A stretch of DNA of 37,618 bases from IMG/VR virus record IMGVR_UViG_3300031519_002997, positions 1 to 37,618 of that record; one strand, given 5' to 3'. Positions within the stretch are counted from its first letter, which is position 1. Every line of letters begins with the position of its first letter. Below the pieces are notes generated by a model. That model was not told where the DNA came from and searched no databases. It worked only from the letters and a program-made list of their open reading frames with translations. Shown here piece after piece: positions 35,706 through 37,618 of the stretch. The stretch is from a virus. Its lineage: Duplodnaviria > Caudoviricetes. Position numbers and translations under genes: made by a program.

Positions 35706-36122
35706 GTGAATATAAAAAAATTAGCATGGGGTGGTTTAGGATTTTTAAGTTTAGGCGTAGCGTACGTTGGAGTAATACTCCCAGGAATACCTTTTAGTAT
35801 ACCTGCCGTATTCGCAGCCTATTGTTTCGCAAAGAGTTCAGATAGAATGCACAATTGGTTATACGGACATAAACTGTTTGGGCCATTCCTTACTAATTGG
35901 GAAACAAAGAAAGTATTTCCACAAAAAGCAAAATACATGATGGTTGCATTTATGTTATTTGCGTTAGCGGTAATGTGGTTTACAACAGGTAACCCTAAAG
36001 CAATGTTGTACTCAGGTACATTCATGGCATTAGGCGCAGCATGGGGATGGAGATACCCTTCAACACCAGAAGAGTATGACCGTCGTAAAGCAGCAGGAGA
36101 ACGAATCGGATTATTTAAATGA
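35706..36122 (+). CDS. ybaN: YbaN/DUF454 family inner-membrane protein
   Basis: GVILPGIP...AAYCFAKSSDRMHNWLYGHKLFGPFLTNW...PQKAK. Confidence 0.88.
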   Translation: MNIKKLAWGGLGFLSLGVAYVGVILPGIPFSIPAVFAAYCFAKSSDRMHNWLYGHKLFGPFLTNWETKKVFPQKAKYMMVAFMLFALAVMWFTTGNPKAMLYSGTFMALGAAWGWRYPSTPEEYDRRKAAGERIGLFK

Positions 36123-36358
36123 GTGATGACGCCGAACCACCCGAAGGATTTGACTACGATAAATGGCGACAAATAAATGCATTCGCTAATTATCTAGAAA
36201 AGATGCACTATATGAATCGACACCAAGAAGTTGTAGATGCTATGCTACACGACTTGATGATTATTGACGAGGTCGTAGATCATATGGAAGAATATCCTGA
36301 AGCGAATTATATTATTAATAAAATAAAGAAGAGGTTGGATAACGATGAAAAGTATTGA
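36119..36358 (+). CDS. hypothetical protein
   Basis: 79 aa, ATGA-coupled to ybaN. Confidence 0.65.
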   Translation: MSDDAEPPEGFDYDKWRQINAFANYLEKMHYMNRHQEVVDAMLHDLMIIDEVVDHMEEYPEANYIINKIKKRLDNDEKY

Positions 36359-36515
36359 TATATCCGAAGCTACTCCAATAGCTTTAAGAACGTGGGCTGA
36401 GTCTGATTTTAATTTAGAAGGCAACTTTGATCCACTAACATTGTTCGTTACATTGCCTGCGTTGATTCAATTCGCAGTGTTTAGTGCAATGGCATACGTA
36501 GTGGGTGCGCTCTAA
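36345..36515 (+). CDS. small membrane protein, 56 aa (not in the ORF track)
   Basis: MKSIDISEATPIALRTWAESDFNLEGNFDPLTLFVTLPALIQFAVFSAMAYVVGAL; fills the operon gap; TAATG coupling to the next gene. Confidence 0.6.
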   Translation: MKSIDISEATPIALRTWAESDFNLEGNFDPLTLFVTLPALIQFAVFSAMAYVVGAL

Positions 36516-36640
36516 TGGAAAAGAAAAAGTATATCTACGAAAGCCCTGATAAAGGAAAAACAATTTACGCAAGAGAAATAGGTAGTGGGCTACCGCGTAA
36601 GTTAATTCAACCCGCTGGTGAAAAAGAGATAAAGAAATGA
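36515..36640 (+). CDS. small protein, 41 aa (not in the ORF track)
   Basis: MEKKKYIYESPDKGKTIYAREIGSGLPRKLIQPAGEKEIKK; coupled on both sides. Confidence 0.65.
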   Translation: MEKKKYIYESPDKGKTIYAREIGSGLPRKLIQPAGEKEIKK

Positions 36641-36966
36641 AAAGTGAATACGTTGTAGTTGATACAGTATCCGTCTTTAAGCAAAGGTATATAATTCCAG
36701 TAGATGAAATAGCGAAATGGAATGAAGACGTTAAGTGTACTGATAAGTTAGCAAAGGAATGGGCTCAAGAAGCTGTTGATGCAGAGGAAGTAAAAGAATT
36801 CTCTCAAAGATGGTTACAGGAGATTATTGTTAACACTGATTTCGCTGATACTCAAAAAGCGCTTGATCTATTTAAACAAGATAACACAGAGTTGTCTAAA
36901 GAATGGACTCAAGCTAAACAGCTCGATTATATTAACGATTGGAAAGACAAAACTCCAAAGCCGTGA
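36637..36966 (+). CDS. hypothetical protein
   Basis: 109 aa, coupled to neighbours. Confidence 0.72.
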   Translation: MKSEYVVVDTVSVFKQRYIIPVDEIAKWNEDVKCTDKLAKEWAQEAVDAEEVKEFSQRWLQEIIVNTDFADTQKALDLFKQDNTELSKEWTQAKQLDYINDWKDKTPKP

Positions 36967-37199
36967 TAATAGTATATGGATCTAGGTCTTGTACCTATTG
37001 TAAGAAAGCAGTAGAGATAGCCACTAAATCATTTGGCAATGTTGAATATAAAGACATAAGTATTACTAAGTATTACAACGAGCTAAAAGAAAGAGGAGTA
37101 AGTACCTCTATTCAACCACAAGTCTTTGAGGACAATAGGTTGATTGGTACTTATTACCATTTATTAAAAGAAACTCAAGAAAGGATGATAGAAGACTAA
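36963..37199 (+). CDS. glutaredoxin-like protein
   Basis: VYGSRSCTYC and QPQVF...IGTY; GTGA overlap at 36963. Confidence 0.8.
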   Translation: MIIVYGSRSCTYCKKAVEIATKSFGNVEYKDISITKYYNELKERGVSTSIQPQVFEDNRLIGTYYHLLKETQERMIED

Positions 37200-37202
37200 A
37201 TT

Positions 37203-37618
37203 ATGTTAGATGAACGATTAAATAAAATATACCAAAAAGAACTTTCCCGTCAAAAATTAACCACAGAGTTAATTGCCTCAGAGAATTTCGCAAGTAAAGC
37301 AGTAATGAAACTATGCGGATCTGAATTCACAAACAAATATGCAGAAGGCTACCCAGGAGCACGTTACTATAATGGTTGCGAATTCATGGATGAAGTTGAG
37401 ACTTTAGCAATTGACCAACTAAAAGAAATATACGGTTGTGAATATGCTAACGTTCAACCACATTCTGGTGCCAATGCTAATCTTGCAGTAATGAAAGCCT
37501 TTCTAAATGTTGGTGATACAATTCTCGGTATGGATTTAGCAAGTGGTGGACATCTAACTCATGGAGCTCCTGTTACTATTTCAGGTAAATGGTTTGATGC
37601 TCATACGTATGGTGTTGG
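37203..37618 (+). CDS. glyA: serine hydroxymethyltransferase (5' part, runs off the window)
   Basis: Read by hand: [51 protein letters not shown]. Confidence 0.95.
   Translation, partial: MLDERLNKIYQKELSRQKLTTELIASENFASKAVMKLCGSEFTNKYAEGYPGARYYNGCEFMDEVETLAIDQLKEIYGCEYANVQPHSGANANLAVMKAFLNVGDTILGMDLASGGHLTHGAPVTISGKWFDAHTYGV

Noticed and set aside
725-36172. Many opposite-strand or alternate-frame ORFs in the track (e.g. 725-1036+, 6731-7066-, 7233-7715-, 11196-11549-, 13101-13553-, 21946-22305-, 22823-23250-, 35819-36172-)
   Set aside because: They overlap well-supported genes, show no recognisable motifs and have the composition expected of shadow ORFs.
1-37618. tRNA, rRNA or recoded stop codons
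   Set aside because: No cloverleaf or rRNA-like segment was seen by eye in the short intergenic gaps, and genes tile densely under the standard code with TAA, TAG and TGA all used as stops. A tRNAscan run would be the definitive check.

Overview
This window is a fragment of a large, AT-rich T4-like (Tevenvirinae/Kyanoviridae-style) myovirus genome, not a bacterial chromosome. It carries T4 core genes 33, 59, 32, uvsX, 41 and 61, plus thyX, nrdA and a glutaredoxin-nrdB fusion. It also has T4 late promoters (TATAAATA) and many perfect sigma70 promoters (TTGACA-N17-TATAAT). The 5-aminolevulinate synthase and the hemO plus bilin reductase pair suggest an aquatic alphaproteobacterial host (inference). 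Main points of interest: (1) a dispersed tetrapyrrole/iron gene set (glyA, hemA/ALAS, heme oxygenase, a PcyA/PcyX-like bilin reductase with an apparently altered active site, IscA, YbaN); (2) a ~15 kb mostly late block whose proteins share a T4 internal-protein-like capsid-targeting N-terminus and internal (I/L/V)xE sites, suggesting packaged, protease-processed, injected enzymes (nuclease-like protein, P-loop kinase, KxDG ligase-like protein, HIGH-type nucleotidyltransferase, RimK-protease fusion); (3) a probable virion protein with an apparently circularly permuted DUF3494 ice-binding domain; (4) an early glycan-modification operon; (5) a perfect promoter firing antisense into the spanin/endolysin genes. 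No tRNA, rRNA, CRISPR array or mobile element was recognised. All family calls come from motif recognition by eye; no database searches were run.
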